Shown: positions 17,087 to 26,499, counted from the first letter of the stretch. The stretch: 64,000 nt of DNA from a bacterium (GCA_030650415.1 JAUSEG010000025.1:11916-75915); one strand, 5' to 3'. A program made the numbers and translations. The notes: generated by a model not told the origin, from the letters alone.

Positions 17087-18538
17087 CTAAACTTTACCTA
17101 AGTCCAAATTATCATCAAACTTTATTTGTTTAACGAAGTCCGGCATATGGCTAACCATAATCATGGCGCCCGCGTATTCATTAATCGCTTTGGCGATTAC
17201 CGGCAAATGGCGAAAATTAATATGATTAGTCGGTTCGTCTAAAATTAAAAGTCCCGGCTGCATAAGCGCGAGCCGAGCAAAAGACAATAAACCTTTTTGT
17301 CCTTCGGAAAGTTCGCTGACTTTTCTGCCCATCAATTCTCCGCTGATTAGAAAACCGGCCGCCACCGAACGCATGGCCTGCGTATTCGTGCCTTCGAGCA
17401 ACACCGAAGCCAGCGAATCAAAAACCGTTTGGCTAAAATCCAAATTGGAAAAATCTTGGCTATAATAACCGACTCGCGTTCCTTCTAAAATTTCCGCGTG
17501 TTCATTCTTACCGGAAACCAGCGACCTTAAAAAGGTGCTCTTGCCCACGCCGTTAGGCCCGGTAACCAAGAGATGCGTTCGCTGGCGAACAATTTTATTT
17601 ACTTCTTTAAGGTTAGGCTCGTGGTTATGAATAACTTTTACGGCCTTAATCTTAACGATGTCACCGACAATCTCCTGCGCCGGCATGCTAAATTCTCTGA
17701 TGGTTCTATCTTCCTGCCTAACGTCAACCATATCTTCTTCCAGCTCGGCCGTTTCATCCTTTAGTTTTTTTGCCAGCTTGCGCATCTTACCGCCTTTATG
17801 AGCAAAAAAATTCACTTTTTCCTTGCGATCGATAATCTGCTTTTTAAGCTGGGCGTTCTTTCTCTGCTCGCGTTCCACTCGCTGAGCGATTTCTAGAACC
17901 ACCGAGTAATAGTCGCCGACATAAGTTTCAATTTTATGGGTAAAAACATCTAAATAAATAACGCCCTCGGTAAAACAATTTAAAAAATCCGCGTCATGGG
18001 AAATGACAATTACAGTCTTATCATACATGACTAAAAATTCAATTAAATGATCAATCCCCGCCTGATCAAGATTGTTGGTCGGTTCGTCCAGTAAGAGTAT
18101 ATCCGGATTTTGAATTAAAGCGAAAGCTAAGAGTAATCTGGCCTGCTGTCCGCCGGAAAGATCGCCGACGCGGCGGTCGGTCGGCACATTTAAATTAACC
18201 GCGATCATCACTTTAGAAATTTTGCTGGCTAAATTAGCCGGTACCATTTCAAAAGCTTTGGCAAAATATTCCGTAACCGATAGAGTAAAATCTTCGCGCG
18301 CCATAACCTGCCTGGCGGTAGCGATGGTGGCGCCGTTAGTCACGCTAACCCGGCCGGATTGGGATTTTAGTTCGCCCATAATCAAAGCGAACATCGAGCT
18401 CTTGCCCGCGCCGTTTTGACCCATTAAAGTAACCTTGGCGCTCTTGCGCACGCTAAAACTGGCGCCATCTAAAATGGGCTTATTATGCTCATACTCAAAA
18501 TTTACTTCGTCAAATCGTAAAATTACTTCTTCGGCCAT
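17087..18538 (-). CDS. ABC-F family ATPase (two ABC domains, no TM domain)
   Basis: Two Walker A motifs (GQNGAGKSS, GPNGVGKST) and two signature motifs (LSGGQ, LSEGQ). Confidence 0.88.
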   Translation of the reverse strand: MAEEVILRFDEVNFEYEHNKPILDGASFSVRKSAKVTLMGQNGAGKSSMFALIMGELKSQSGRVSVTNGATIATARQVMAREDFTLSVTEYFAKAFEMVPANLASKISKVMIAVNLNVPTDRRVGDLSGGQQARLLLAFALIQNPDILLLDEPTNNLDQAGIDHLIEFLVMYDKTVIVISHDADFLNCFTEGVIYLDVFTHKIETYVGDYYSVVLEIAQRVEREQRKNAQLKKQIIDRKEKVNFFAHKGGKMRKLAKKLKDETAELEEDMVDVRQEDRTIREFSMPAQEIVGDIVKIKAVKVIHNHEPNLKEVNKIVRQRTHLLVTGPNGVGKSTFLRSLVSGKNEHAEILEGTRVGYYSQDFSNLDFSQTVFDSLASVLLEGTNTQAMRSVAAGFLISGELMGRKVSELSEGQKGLLSFARLALMQPGLLILDEPTNHINFRHLPVIAKAINEYAGAMIMVSHMPDFVKQIKFDDNLDLGKV

Positions 18539-18635
18539 AAAAAAATAAAAAAAGCGCTTGTCCCTTAAGGAGTTAATCGCGCCAACTTGGTTCAGTATAA
18601 CAGATTTTTAAAATTTTACAATAACAGGATTATAT

Positions 18636-19253
18636 TTACTTGACTCTCTGCTTTCCCTCGATAATTCTCAAAAAATCATTGAAATTATTAACGATCACGT
18701 CTGGCGCCGCTTTTTCCAGACTGACCCGGCTTTGATAGCCCCCTAAAATGCCGATGATAAAATTAACTTTTGCTTCTTTGGCTTCCTTAATGTCACCCAC
18801 GGTATCGGTGATAAAAATCGCCTCGGCCGGTAAAATTTTATACTCTTTGAATAGCGTTTTAAATTTTTTAACCTTGCTGGTTTCCGCGTCGCAGCCAAAA
18901 ACCTCGGTAAAATAATTCAAAATTTCATGCCTCCTAAGGTATTCATTAATAATCGAGTTCGTGGTGCTGGAAATAATAAACAAACGAAAATTTTCGCTTA
19001 TTTTTTTTAAAACCGGCTTAATTTTATTATCAATCCCTAAAGTCTTAAACCGCTCGCCGTATTCGGCAAAAAAATCAACTTCGCTTACTGCCGTATCTTC
19101 GAGAACGGCGTCATAGATATTGCCGTTAAACAACTTCCGATAACCTTCCCGGGTTATGGCAGGCCTGGAAATTTGGTTAATCGCAAAAGCAATTTCAAAC
19201 GAATCGGCGATCACGCCGTCAAAATCAAAAATGATTATTTTTTCTTTTCTCAT
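18636..19253 (-). CDS. HAD-superfamily hydrolase
   Basis: Motif I FDFDGVIADS and a C-terminal DTVGDI motif. Confidence 0.75.
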   Translation of the reverse strand: MRKEKIIIFDFDGVIADSFEIAFAINQISRPAITREGYRKLFNGNIYDAVLEDTAVSEVDFFAEYGERFKTLGIDNKIKPVLKKISENFRLFIISSTTNSIINEYLRRHEILNYFTEVFGCDAETSKVKKFKTLFKEYKILPAEAIFITDTVGDIKEAKEAKVNFIIGILGGYQSRVSLEKAAPDVIVNNFNDFLRIIEGKQRVK

Positions 19254-19265
19254 TTTATTTGATAA

Positions 19266-20531
19266 TTAAAAAGTTACGCTCTCCCCGGCCACAAAACCGG
19301 TGCTCCAACAGATCTGCAAATTATAGCCGCCGGTCGGCCCGTCCAAATCCAAAATTTCCCCGGCTAAAAATAAATTTTCATAAATTTTCGAACGCATGGT
19401 CCGCGAATCAACTTCCTTAATATCGACTCCGCCGGCCGTAACCATGGCCTTATTAAAACCTTTTAATTCTTTCGCTTCCAAAGTGAACTCTTTGAGGGCG
19501 CGAGCCAGCGCCTGGCGCTCGACTTTAGTAATATCGCTAACCTGCTTTTGCTCATTAACTCCTGATAATTCAATAATTGCTGGTAATAATTTCGGCTGCA
19601 CCAGGCCGGCTAAATAATTTTTTAACATTTTATTATGAGATTGATGAAAATCTTTTTGTAATTTTTCTTCAAACTTAGAGATCTCAATCTCCGGCTTAAA
19701 ATCAATCTTTAGAAATGTCGGTTCAAGCAAAAATTCGCCAACGTGTCCGCTTAAATCAATTATGGCCGGACCGCTTAAACCGTCGGCGGTAAAAATAATT
19801 TCTCCCGTTCGGCTCATAATTTTTTTATCATTCTGATAAACGCTTATGCCAATATTTTCTAAACTCAAACCTTCTAACTTTTTAACAATTTTTTCTTTAC
19901 CCCCACACCAAACTTGGTGTGGGGGTTTAACGACTATCGGCGTTAGGGCCGGCCGGGGCGCAATAATTTTGTGGCCTAAACTTTCCAGCCAACCGTAGGC
20001 CGAACCGGTTGAACCGGTCTCCGGATATGATTTTCCGCCGGTGGAAATTATAAAATTCCTGCCGAGAATTTCCTCGCCATTCGTCAAAATTATTTTTTCA
20101 ATTTTTTTGTCTTTAGCAACGATTTCTTTAACTTCCGCGCCAAGCCTGACTTCAACGCTATTTTTCTTTAAATACTTAACTAAGGCCTCTCTTATATCGC
20201 CGGCCTTATCGCTTAGAGGGAAAACTCGGCCGCGGTCTTCTTCTTTAGACTCTACTCCAAATTTACTGAAAAAATTTATAGAGCTCGCGACGCCGAATTT
20301 ACTGAAAGCGGAAAACAAAAATTTAAAATTCTTGCCATAAACGCCAATCGTCTCTTTTTTATCGGCTTGCAAATTGGTAAAATTGCAACGGCCATGACCG
20401 GTCGCAAGCAGTTTAGCTCCGAGCTGCTGATTTTTTTCGACTAAGAGCACGCGCGCACCCAGTTCGCCCGCTCGCCCAGCCGCCATCATACCGGCCGGCC
20501 CGCCACCAACTACTACTATGTCATAGATCAT
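19266..20531 (-). CDS. NAD(P)/FAD-dependent oxidoreductase, HI0933/BaiN-like family
   Basis: The N-terminus IVVVGGGPAGMMAA...GHGRCNFTN is typical of the family. The ORF contains the palindromic insert at 19899-19926. Confidence 0.8.
   Translation of the reverse strand: MIYDIVVVGGGPAGMMAAGRAGELGARVLLVEKNQQLGAKLLATGHGRCNFTNLQADKKETIGVYGKNFKFLFSAFSKFGVASSINFFSKFGVESKEEDRGRVFPLSDKAGDIREALVKYLKKNSVEVRLGAEVKEIVAKDKKIEKIILTNGEEILGRNFIISTGGKSYPETGSTGSAYGWLESLGHKIIAPRPALTPIVVKPPHQVWCGGKEKIVKKLEGLSLENIGISVYQNDKKIMSRTGEIIFTADGLSGPAIIDLSGHVGEFLLEPTFLKIDFKPEIEISKFEEKLQKDFHQSHNKMLKNYLAGLVQPKLLPAIIELSGVNEQKQVSDITKVERQALARALKEFTLEAKELKGFNKAMVTAGGVDIKEVDSRTMRSKIYENLFLAGEILDLDGPTGGYNLQICWSTGFVAGESVTF
19899..19926 (-). 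repeat. Family E palindrome inside the flavoprotein CDS
   Basis: ACCCCCACACCAA-AC-TTGGTGTGGGGGT. It is translated as PPHQVWCGG. Confidence 0.85.
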
Positions 20532-20561
20532 ATAAAGACGCCAAATAAAAAATTATAGTAT

Positions 20562-20712
20562 TTGCCAGCCAAAGATATTTATTTTGAGCGCATACAAAAT
20601 CGTCGCATTTTTTATTAAAATTACTCAGCTACCTAAGTCAATTATAATACAATTTTATTAAAAAATGCCCAGATTTTGTCTTAAGTGAAAAATAAATATC
20701 TTTGGCTGGCAA
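20562..20712 (+). repeat. Family X long hairpin
   Basis: The 24-bp arms are perfectly complementary: TTGCCAGCCAAAGATATTTATTTT / AAAATAAATATCTTTGGCTGGCAA. Conserved GAGCGCATAC lies on the 5' side and GTCTTAAGTGA on the 3' side, with an inner stem AAAATC-GTC-GCATTTTTTA. Confidence 0.8.
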
Positions 20713-20849
20713 GTTTCGCCTTGGGTAAAAAAACTAAAATCTTTGTTCGACAATACTAAACCATTATATTTGTCTAAACCTTACCACTTTTACGGCCAAA
20801 AAACAATTTTTAGCTTGCTTAAACGCCTAAAAATATTTATACTGACCTC

Positions 20850-21380
20850 ATGCAACTACCCTATAGAAAAGCTGGAAAATATACTCATCTAAAGCCCGAC
20901 CAACATCTGACCGAAGCGAAGTACAACGAGCTTAAAAATAAGCTGGATCGGCTTAAATTTAATCGTCCAGGCGCGGCCAACGAGGTTAAGCGGCTGGCTG
21001 AATTCGGCGATTTTTCGGAAAACGCCGAATACCAAATCGCTAAAGGTCGTCTCCGAGGCATAAACCAAAGAATTCTGGAAATTGAAGATCATTTAAGGCG
21101 CGCGGTTATAATTAAGCCCAACAAAAACAGCAAAACGGTTCAATTAGGCTCAAACGTCACCGTTCTAATTGCCGGTACACCCCCACACTTATTTCATAAG
21201 TGTGGGGGTAAAGAAAAAACCTATTTAATCTTGGGTTCGGCGGAAACCAACCCGGGCCGCGGCGTTATCTCCAGACGCTCGCCAATCGGTTCGGCTCTTA
21301 TCGGCAAGAAAATCGGTGACCAGATAAAAATTAAACTGGCTGACAGGGTGGTGGAATATAAAATTATAAAAATTGAATAA
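20850..21380 (+). CDS. greA: Transcription elongation factor GreA
   Basis: Coiled-coil N-terminal domain (DFSENAEYQIAKGRL) and a C-terminal domain (ISRRSPIGSALIGKKIGD). The ORF contains the palindromic insert at 21179-21209. Confidence 0.88.
   Translation: MQLPYRKAGKYTHLKPDQHLTEAKYNELKNKLDRLKFNRPGAANEVKRLAEFGDFSENAEYQIAKGRLRGINQRILEIEDHLRRAVIIKPNKNSKTVQLGSNVTVLIAGTPPHLFHKCGGKEKTYLILGSAETNPGRGVISRRSPIGSALIGKKIGDQIKIKLADRVVEYKIIKIE
21179..21209 (+). repeat. Family E palindrome inside the greA CDS
   Basis: ACCCCCACACTTAT-TTC-ATAAGTGTGGGGGT. It is translated as PPHLFHKCGG. Confidence 0.85.
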
Positions 21381-21483
21381 CTTCAACTATAAAAAAGATC
21401 CTCGCCGCTTTTTCGCAACGAGGATGATCGGTGATTAAATCACCTTCAATACTTGCCGACGTCGGGGCGGCGGATTTGATAAA

Positions 21484-21729
21484 TCACTCGGGCACTCCAG
21501 TCATGGCTGGCGCCGAAGCGGAAGATCTAGTTGCGGCAGGCGTAGCCGCTGTTCCGCCACCTTGTCCATTCCTGACAATGGCTTCGTGAATTTCCTGCCG
21601 ATGCACCGGCAGTTGCGCCGGCGCTTGGATGCCCAATTTAACTGTGTCGCGATCAATTCTTAAGATCTTAACGATGATCTGTCCATCAATCACTATCGAC
21701 TCATTCAGCTTTCGACTCAATATTAACAT
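21484..21729 (-). CDS. csrA: Carbon storage regulator CsrA (GC-rich island)
   Basis: MLILSRKLNESIVIDGQIIVKILRIDRDTVKLGIQAPAQLPVHRQEI is a canonical CsrA fold sequence. I prefer the ATG at 21729, which has AAAGGAAA 5 nt upstream. The C-terminal tail is Ala/Thr/Ser-rich. Confidence 0.85.
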   Translation of the reverse strand: MLILSRKLNESIVIDGQIIVKILRIDRDTVKLGIQAPAQLPVHRQEIHEAIVRNGQGGGTAATPAATRSSASAPAMTGVPE

Positions 21730-21978
21730 GTATTTCCTTTCACTTTTGTTTGTTTTGTTTGTCGCCGATCTTTGTCCAAAAAATGAACAACTGAATAATC
21801 CTAACACAAATTTACCTTATTGTCCAGAGTAGACTAGCCCCATTATTGCGCTATCGATTGATTCAATTAATCAACGGTCTAAACCTGTGATTTCACCCTC
21901 TCTCGACCAATTGATCGAGGGGGTTTAATATTATATTCCCCTCTGGAAAAATAATTAAAAGACGGCTATAATGCTATT

Positions 21979-23193
21979 ATGATAAATTTAGAAAAAATCA
22001 GACAAGACTTTCCCCTACTGCAAAAACCCATAAACGGCCGAAAAACCGTCTATTTTGATAATGCCTGCATGAGTTTAAAGCCCCTGTCCGTAATTAAAGC
22101 CATTAATGAATATTATTCTGACTACCCGGCTTGCGCCGGTCGAAGCTCTCATAGGCTCGGGGCGATTGTCACCCAAAAAGTCGCTGAAGCCAGAAAAAAG
22201 CTGGCTGAATTTATCGGCGCTAAAAAAACCGAAGAAATAATTTTTACCCGCAATACTACCGAAGGCATAAACTTAGTCGCCCACTCGCTTAAACTAAAAT
22301 CCGGCGACATAATTTTAGGCACTGATAAGGAGCATAATTCTAATCTCATCCCCTGGCAGATTCTGACAAAAAAAATTGGCGTGATCTATAAAGCCCTGCC
22401 GTCAAAATCGGATAATACTTTTGATTTGGAAAAATTTGAGTCCATGATGAGCGGTAAAATTAAGCTAGTCGCCATGGGGCAAACTTCCAATCTTGACGGC
22501 ACGAGCCTGCCGGCCAAAGAAATAATTAAAATCGCCCATCAGCATGGCGCCTTGGTTCTCTTGGACGCGGCTCAGACCGCGCCCCACAAAAAAATCAACG
22601 TGGTTGATTTGGCTGTTGATTTTCTGGCTTTCTCCGGGCATAAGATGCTCGGGCCGACCGGTACGGGCGTTCTATACGGCAAAAAATCCCTGCTGGAAAA
22701 TTTAGAACCGTTCTTAACCGGCGGCGAGACGGTTGAATATTCTACTTATGACGATCATAAATTATTGCCCATTCCGGAAAAATTTGAAGCCGGGCTTCAG
22801 GATTATGCCGGTATTATCGGCCTGGGCGTGGCAACCGATTATTTAAGAAGCATCGGCTATGAAAAGATTGCTGAACATGAATATAAATTAAATAAATATA
22901 TTACCGAAGAAATTTTAAAAATCCCCAAACTGAAAATCATCGGCCCGGCCGATCCGCGCTTAAGATCCGGCATAGTTTCTTTCTATATCGAAGGCATAGA
23001 CTCGCACCAAATCGCCATCTTGCTTGATGAAACCGCCAATATTATGATCCGCTCGGGCCAGCATTGCGTTCATTCTTGGTTTAACGCTAAAGGCATAAAA
23101 ACTTCGGCCAGAGCCTCGCTTTACTTTTATAACACCCTGGAAGAAGCGGAAATATTTGTAAAAAGTTTAAATAAAGTAATGAAAATTTTGTAA
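21979..23193 (+). CDS. Cysteine desulfurase (SufS/class V aminotransferase)
   Basis: PLP-Lys motif SGHKMLGPTGTGVLYG and catalytic-Cys loop RSGQHC. A TATAAT box lies 6 nt upstream of the ATG. Confidence 0.88.
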   Translation: MINLEKIRQDFPLLQKPINGRKTVYFDNACMSLKPLSVIKAINEYYSDYPACAGRSSHRLGAIVTQKVAEARKKLAEFIGAKKTEEIIFTRNTTEGINLVAHSLKLKSGDIILGTDKEHNSNLIPWQILTKKIGVIYKALPSKSDNTFDLEKFESMMSGKIKLVAMGQTSNLDGTSLPAKEIIKIAHQHGALVLLDAAQTAPHKKINVVDLAVDFLAFSGHKMLGPTGTGVLYGKKSLLENLEPFLTGGETVEYSTYDDHKLLPIPEKFEAGLQDYAGIIGLGVATDYLRSIGYEKIAEHEYKLNKYITEEILKIPKLKIIGPADPRLRSGIVSFYIEGIDSHQIAILLDETANIMIRSGQHCVHSWFNAKGIKTSARASLYFYNTLEEAEIFVKSLNKVMKIL

Positions 23194-23204
23194 TTACCCT
23201 TATT

Positions 23205-23306
23205 TGTCATTGCGAGCGACCGCAGGGAACGAAGCAATCTCACGTACTTGGATATTAACCAGAGATTGCTTCGTCGCCACGAGTACGTGTCTCCTCGCAA
23301 TGACAG
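23205..23306. repeat. Family A palindromic element (TGTCATTGCGAG...GAAGCAATCTC // GAGATTGCTTC...CTCGCAATGACA)
   Basis: The outer and inner inverted repeats can both be read directly. The element fills the sufS-dsbA-like spacer. Confidence 0.85.
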
Positions 23307-23314
23307 TCTAATAT

Positions 23315-24253
23315 ATGTTCTGCATCATCGCTTTAATCGTTTTCTCAATTTTAGGCATCTTCAGCGCCACCCATCGCGCCCTGGCGCTAGAGGCGCTTGA
23401 TTGTGTTTTCAGAAGAGTGACTCTTAGACCCTGCAACACGGGTTTTAAAGAAAGAGCCAAGAATAAAATCCTGGCTAAACTCTTAGAACGGTCGGAAATG
23501 GCCGCGCGATTATTCAATAAGCATTTTGAATTGCTTTCCTGGATTTTCTTTATTTTAATGATCACCAGCACTTTTTGGGTAGTTAAGGGCGGCTATAATT
23601 TTTATCTCTACGGCAGCTGCAACGGCTTGAATCAATCGGGCTTTTGCGCTTTTGACCCCAATGGTGAAAACAATAAAGTTACCCAGTTAAATAACCTCGG
23701 GATTTGCAGCCCGGAACAACAGAGTGAAAAAAATTTAACTCTTAACGGGGTGGATTTATCGACTTTTCCAAAAATAAACACCGATTCAAAAAATACCATT
23801 GTTTTTATCGGCTGTTATGAATGCGATTATAGCCGCAAAGCCTATCCGGAAATCCGCGAGCTCGCTAAAAAAGAAAAAGCCAATTTAATCTTTGCCCATT
23901 ATCCGGCTATAACCAATACCAGTTATTTATCAACCCTAAATTATTGCGCTTATAATAAAAATCCGGAGCAATTCTGGACCCTAAATGACTACTTATTCGC
24001 CGCCGATAAGGAAAAATTATTCGACCAAATTTTTATTGATCAAGCTTTAGCGCAATTCGATTTTAATGCCGCTGAAATCAATCAATGCGTGAATAGCGCT
24101 GAAACTAAGGCGGCCACCGGAGCTCAATTCCAAGAGCTTAAAAAAACCGGCCTCTACGGCACGCCCACAATTTTCATCAATGGCCAAGTCTTCGTCGGCC
24201 CCAAGCCCTATCGCGTCTACCGTAGCGCCCTCAAAAAATTCATTTTCTTTTAA
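23315..24253 (+). CDS. Membrane-anchored DsbA/thioredoxin-like thiol:disulfide oxidoreductase
   Basis: TM helices at the N-terminus. The thioredoxin-fold C-terminal half has a CYEC motif and GTPTIFINGQ. Confidence 0.6.
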   Translation: MFCIIALIVFSILGIFSATHRALALEALDCVFRRVTLRPCNTGFKERAKNKILAKLLERSEMAARLFNKHFELLSWIFFILMITSTFWVVKGGYNFYLYGSCNGLNQSGFCAFDPNGENNKVTQLNNLGICSPEQQSEKNLTLNGVDLSTFPKINTDSKNTIVFIGCYECDYSRKAYPEIRELAKKEKANLIFAHYPAITNTSYLSTLNYCAYNKNPEQFWTLNDYLFAADKEKLFDQIFIDQALAQFDFNAAEINQCVNSAETKAATGAQFQELKKTGLYGTPTIFINGQVFVGPKPYRVYRSALKKFIFF

Positions 24254-24277
24254 ATCGCCATTAATGTCAGCCGAATC

Positions 24278-24306
24278 AAAAAACACCGTTCGCCGCGGTG
24301 TTTTTT
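24278..24306 (+). terminator. Rho-independent terminator
   Basis: Hairpin AAAAAACACCG-ttcgccg-CGGTGTTTTTT. Confidence 0.7.
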
Positions 24307-24321
24307 AAATTCTAAATTTTT

Positions 24322-24370
24322 TAAAAAAAGAGGACGAGCAAAGGTTGGTTCTTCCAACGATCGCTCGTCC
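24322..24370 (-). terminator. Rho-independent terminator of the GC-rich-island gene
   Basis: Minus strand reads GGACGAGC-(23 nt)-GCTCGTCC followed by TCTTTTTTT. Confidence 0.65.
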
Positions 24371-24400
24371 AAGTTAAAATTGCTATCCGCCGTGGGCGGA

Positions 24401-25045
24401 CTAAACGTTCCATCTCAGCGCCTTACGACGCTCTGACTGTTCGTCGAGATGGAACCGTTCCATCAAATTCGTAACGCCCAACTGCTGGGCAACGTGAAAG
24501 TTAACGCCGTCCCATTCGGCCTGATAGTCGTAATGGGCTCCATGACGCAACCCGTTTTTAACCCATTCGAATTTTGCTCCGGGCTGACAAAGCAATACCG
24601 GATATTCCATCTCTATGGCGAGTCGGGCGCCGCCGCCTCTGAGCCGCACGGAGCGAAAAACAATTCCCTGTCCAAGCCTGGTTACTTCCTGATTCCAACC
24701 GAACAGAGTGGCCGTCTCCTCTGTTTCTGAATACATGTCGAGAAGACAGACGCACCCGCCGTCGTGGGTTAGCGAGTTGGGTCGACGGCAGAGAACGCGA
24801 ACAGGATTGGCCAGAGCATCACTTTTCGGAGGATTAGCCAACCTGAGGATATATTCCATTTGTTGCCAGTCAATCGCGTTTCCAACGGGAAAACTGTCCT
24901 TGCTCATGTCAAAGCGGTACGGGTACGCTTTTTTCACTTTCGAACGACAAGCTGGTCCATGAAAAATAGCGAAACGTTTTTCTCCAGGTGACCGCTCTGG
25001 AATTGCAATCGACGATCCCAACTCTGTAACTCTGAGTACTTTCAT
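24401..25045 (-). CDS. Hypothetical protein (GC-rich island)
   Basis: 214-aa ORF with an Arg/Trp/Gly-rich composition unlike the backbone. Promoter TTGATT-17-TATGAT lies at ~25160-25188. I recognise no domain. Confidence 0.55.
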   Translation of the reverse strand: MKVLRVTELGSSIAIPERSPGEKRFAIFHGPACRSKVKKAYPYRFDMSKDSFPVGNAIDWQQMEYILRLANPPKSDALANPVRVLCRRPNSLTHDGGCVCLLDMYSETEETATLFGWNQEVTRLGQGIVFRSVRLRGGGARLAIEMEYPVLLCQPGAKFEWVKNGLRHGAHYDYQAEWDGVNFHVAQQLGVTNLMERFHLDEQSERRKALRWNV

Positions 25046-25196
25046 TTTTGTTTATGGTGTTTTCCTTGTTTTGAGGATTCGTTGTGTGTTTTATCTTCTC
25101 GCGCCTCCAAAGCGCAAGAAGCGATTCCTCTAACAAAGATTTTTGGCCTATGCCGAAATCCATCATACCATAATCACTGATAAAAATCAACCCCCT

Positions 25197-26499
25197 CGCA
25201 TTGAGACATAAATAATGTTACTTTGCTCCAATCGGTTGGGACATATAAGATGTTACCGTAACTATTAATAAATAATTACGGCAACTATATGACCAATATG
25301 ACTAAGAAGGAGTTAGCTAAGGTAACTAGAGCCAGATATGGACTGGCCGACAGATCGGTTAAAACATTCATGCTCAACGAATTCTGCGGTAACACCGAAT
25401 ATCACAGAAAGTACGCCATCAAGTTATTTAATCATCCGCCTAAAGAGAATAAGCGCAAAGTCGGTCGAAGGAAAAAGTATGACTCAGGGCTATTTGCCGA
25501 TGCGATAATCCCGATTTGGGAACTATTAGACTATCCCTGCGGCTCCAGATTACAGCCGGAATTAATTAATATGGCCGAGGCCATGGCCAGGTCGGATGAA
25601 ATCGAATTAACCGAAGAGACAAAGGATCAATTAAAAACGATATCTGGAAAAACTTTGGACAGAAGATTGAAAAAGGAAATAATTATCAGGAAGCTAAATA
25701 GGAGCCGCGGCACGACCAGACATGGCTCATTGCTCAAATCATCAATACCAATTAGATTAACGGAGTGGAATCGGCAAGAACTGGGATTTGGCGAAATGGA
25801 CACCGTAGCTCATAATGGCGGCGATCCGAGCGGCGAATTCATTTATTCGCTGGATTTAGTGGAGATTTCGAGCGGTTGGAGCGAACAATACGCGGTGATG
25901 GGCAAGGGTGAAAGAGGGGTGGTAATGGCGATTGATAGCATTAAAAATGGTTTGCCGTTTAAATTGACCGGGCTAGACTCAGATTCTGGCGGAGAGTTCA
26001 TCAATTGGCATTTAGTTAGATACTGCGAGAATAATAATTTGTATTTTACCCGTTCCCGCCCCTACATGAAAAACGACAATGCCTATGTGGAGCAGAAAAA
26101 TAATACTCACATTCGAAAACTACTAGGCTATGAACGATTTGATAATTTCGCGCAATTAGAATTAATGAATGATCTATACCGGAATGAATGGCGGTTATTC
26201 AGCAACTTTTTCAGGCCGGTGATGAAAATTGAGCGGAAAGAGAAAGTAAATAATTCGCTTTGCCGTAAAATATATGATACTGCCAAAACGCCCTATCGGA
26301 GATTAATGGAATCGGGTCAGATCAGTGAAGAGCAAAAAACCAAATTGAGAGAATTGTATTTATCTTTGAATCCGGTACAATTGAAAAATAGCATTAATGA
26401 AAAAGTAAAAATTATCCGTAAATCGGGAGAACGGCAGAGTAAGATAATTAATGTCCCAACCGTAAACGCCAAAGTAACATTATTAAATGTCTAAATGCG
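25197..26499 (+). mobile_element. Intact IS element (1303 bp) with ~48-bp imperfect terminal inverted repeats and a 6-bp target-site duplication
   Basis: The left end is CGCATTGAGACATAAATAATGTTACTTTG...CGGTTGGGACAT (25197-25244). The reverse complement of the right end (26451-26499) is CGCATTTAGACATTTAATAATGTTACTTTG...CGGTTGGGACAT. CCCCCT flanks both sides (25191-25196 and 26500-26505). Confidence 0.85.
25289..26494 (+). CDS. DDE transposase/integrase (rve core domain; IS481/ISNCY-like)
   Basis: Candidate catalytic triad: D in GEMDTVAH, D in LDSDSGGEF, E in YVEQKNNTHIRK. The stop lies inside the right TIR. Confidence 0.8.
   Translation: MTNMTKKELAKVTRARYGLADRSVKTFMLNEFCGNTEYHRKYAIKLFNHPPKENKRKVGRRKKYDSGLFADAIIPIWELLDYPCGSRLQPELINMAEAMARSDEIELTEETKDQLKTISGKTLDRRLKKEIIIRKLNRSRGTTRHGSLLKSSIPIRLTEWNRQELGFGEMDTVAHNGGDPSGEFIYSLDLVEISSGWSEQYAVMGKGERGVVMAIDSIKNGLPFKLTGLDSDSGGEFINWHLVRYCENNNLYFTRSRPYMKNDNAYVEQKNNTHIRKLLGYERFDNFAQLELMNDLYRNEWRLFSNFFRPVMKIERKEKVNNSLCRKIYDTAKTPYRRLMESGQISEEQKTKLRELYLSLNPVQLKNSINEKVKIIRKSGERQSKIINVPTVNAKVTLLNV

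Noticed and set aside
24449-25190. Several 65-93 aa ORFs overlapping the 214-aa GC-rich island gene. The equivalents in the other islands are 28613..28933, 57116..57529, 57850..58403 and 60761..61881.
   Set aside because: GC-rich DNA gives long open frames on all strands. In each island only the longest ORF has a promoter, a leader and a terminator in the right orientation.
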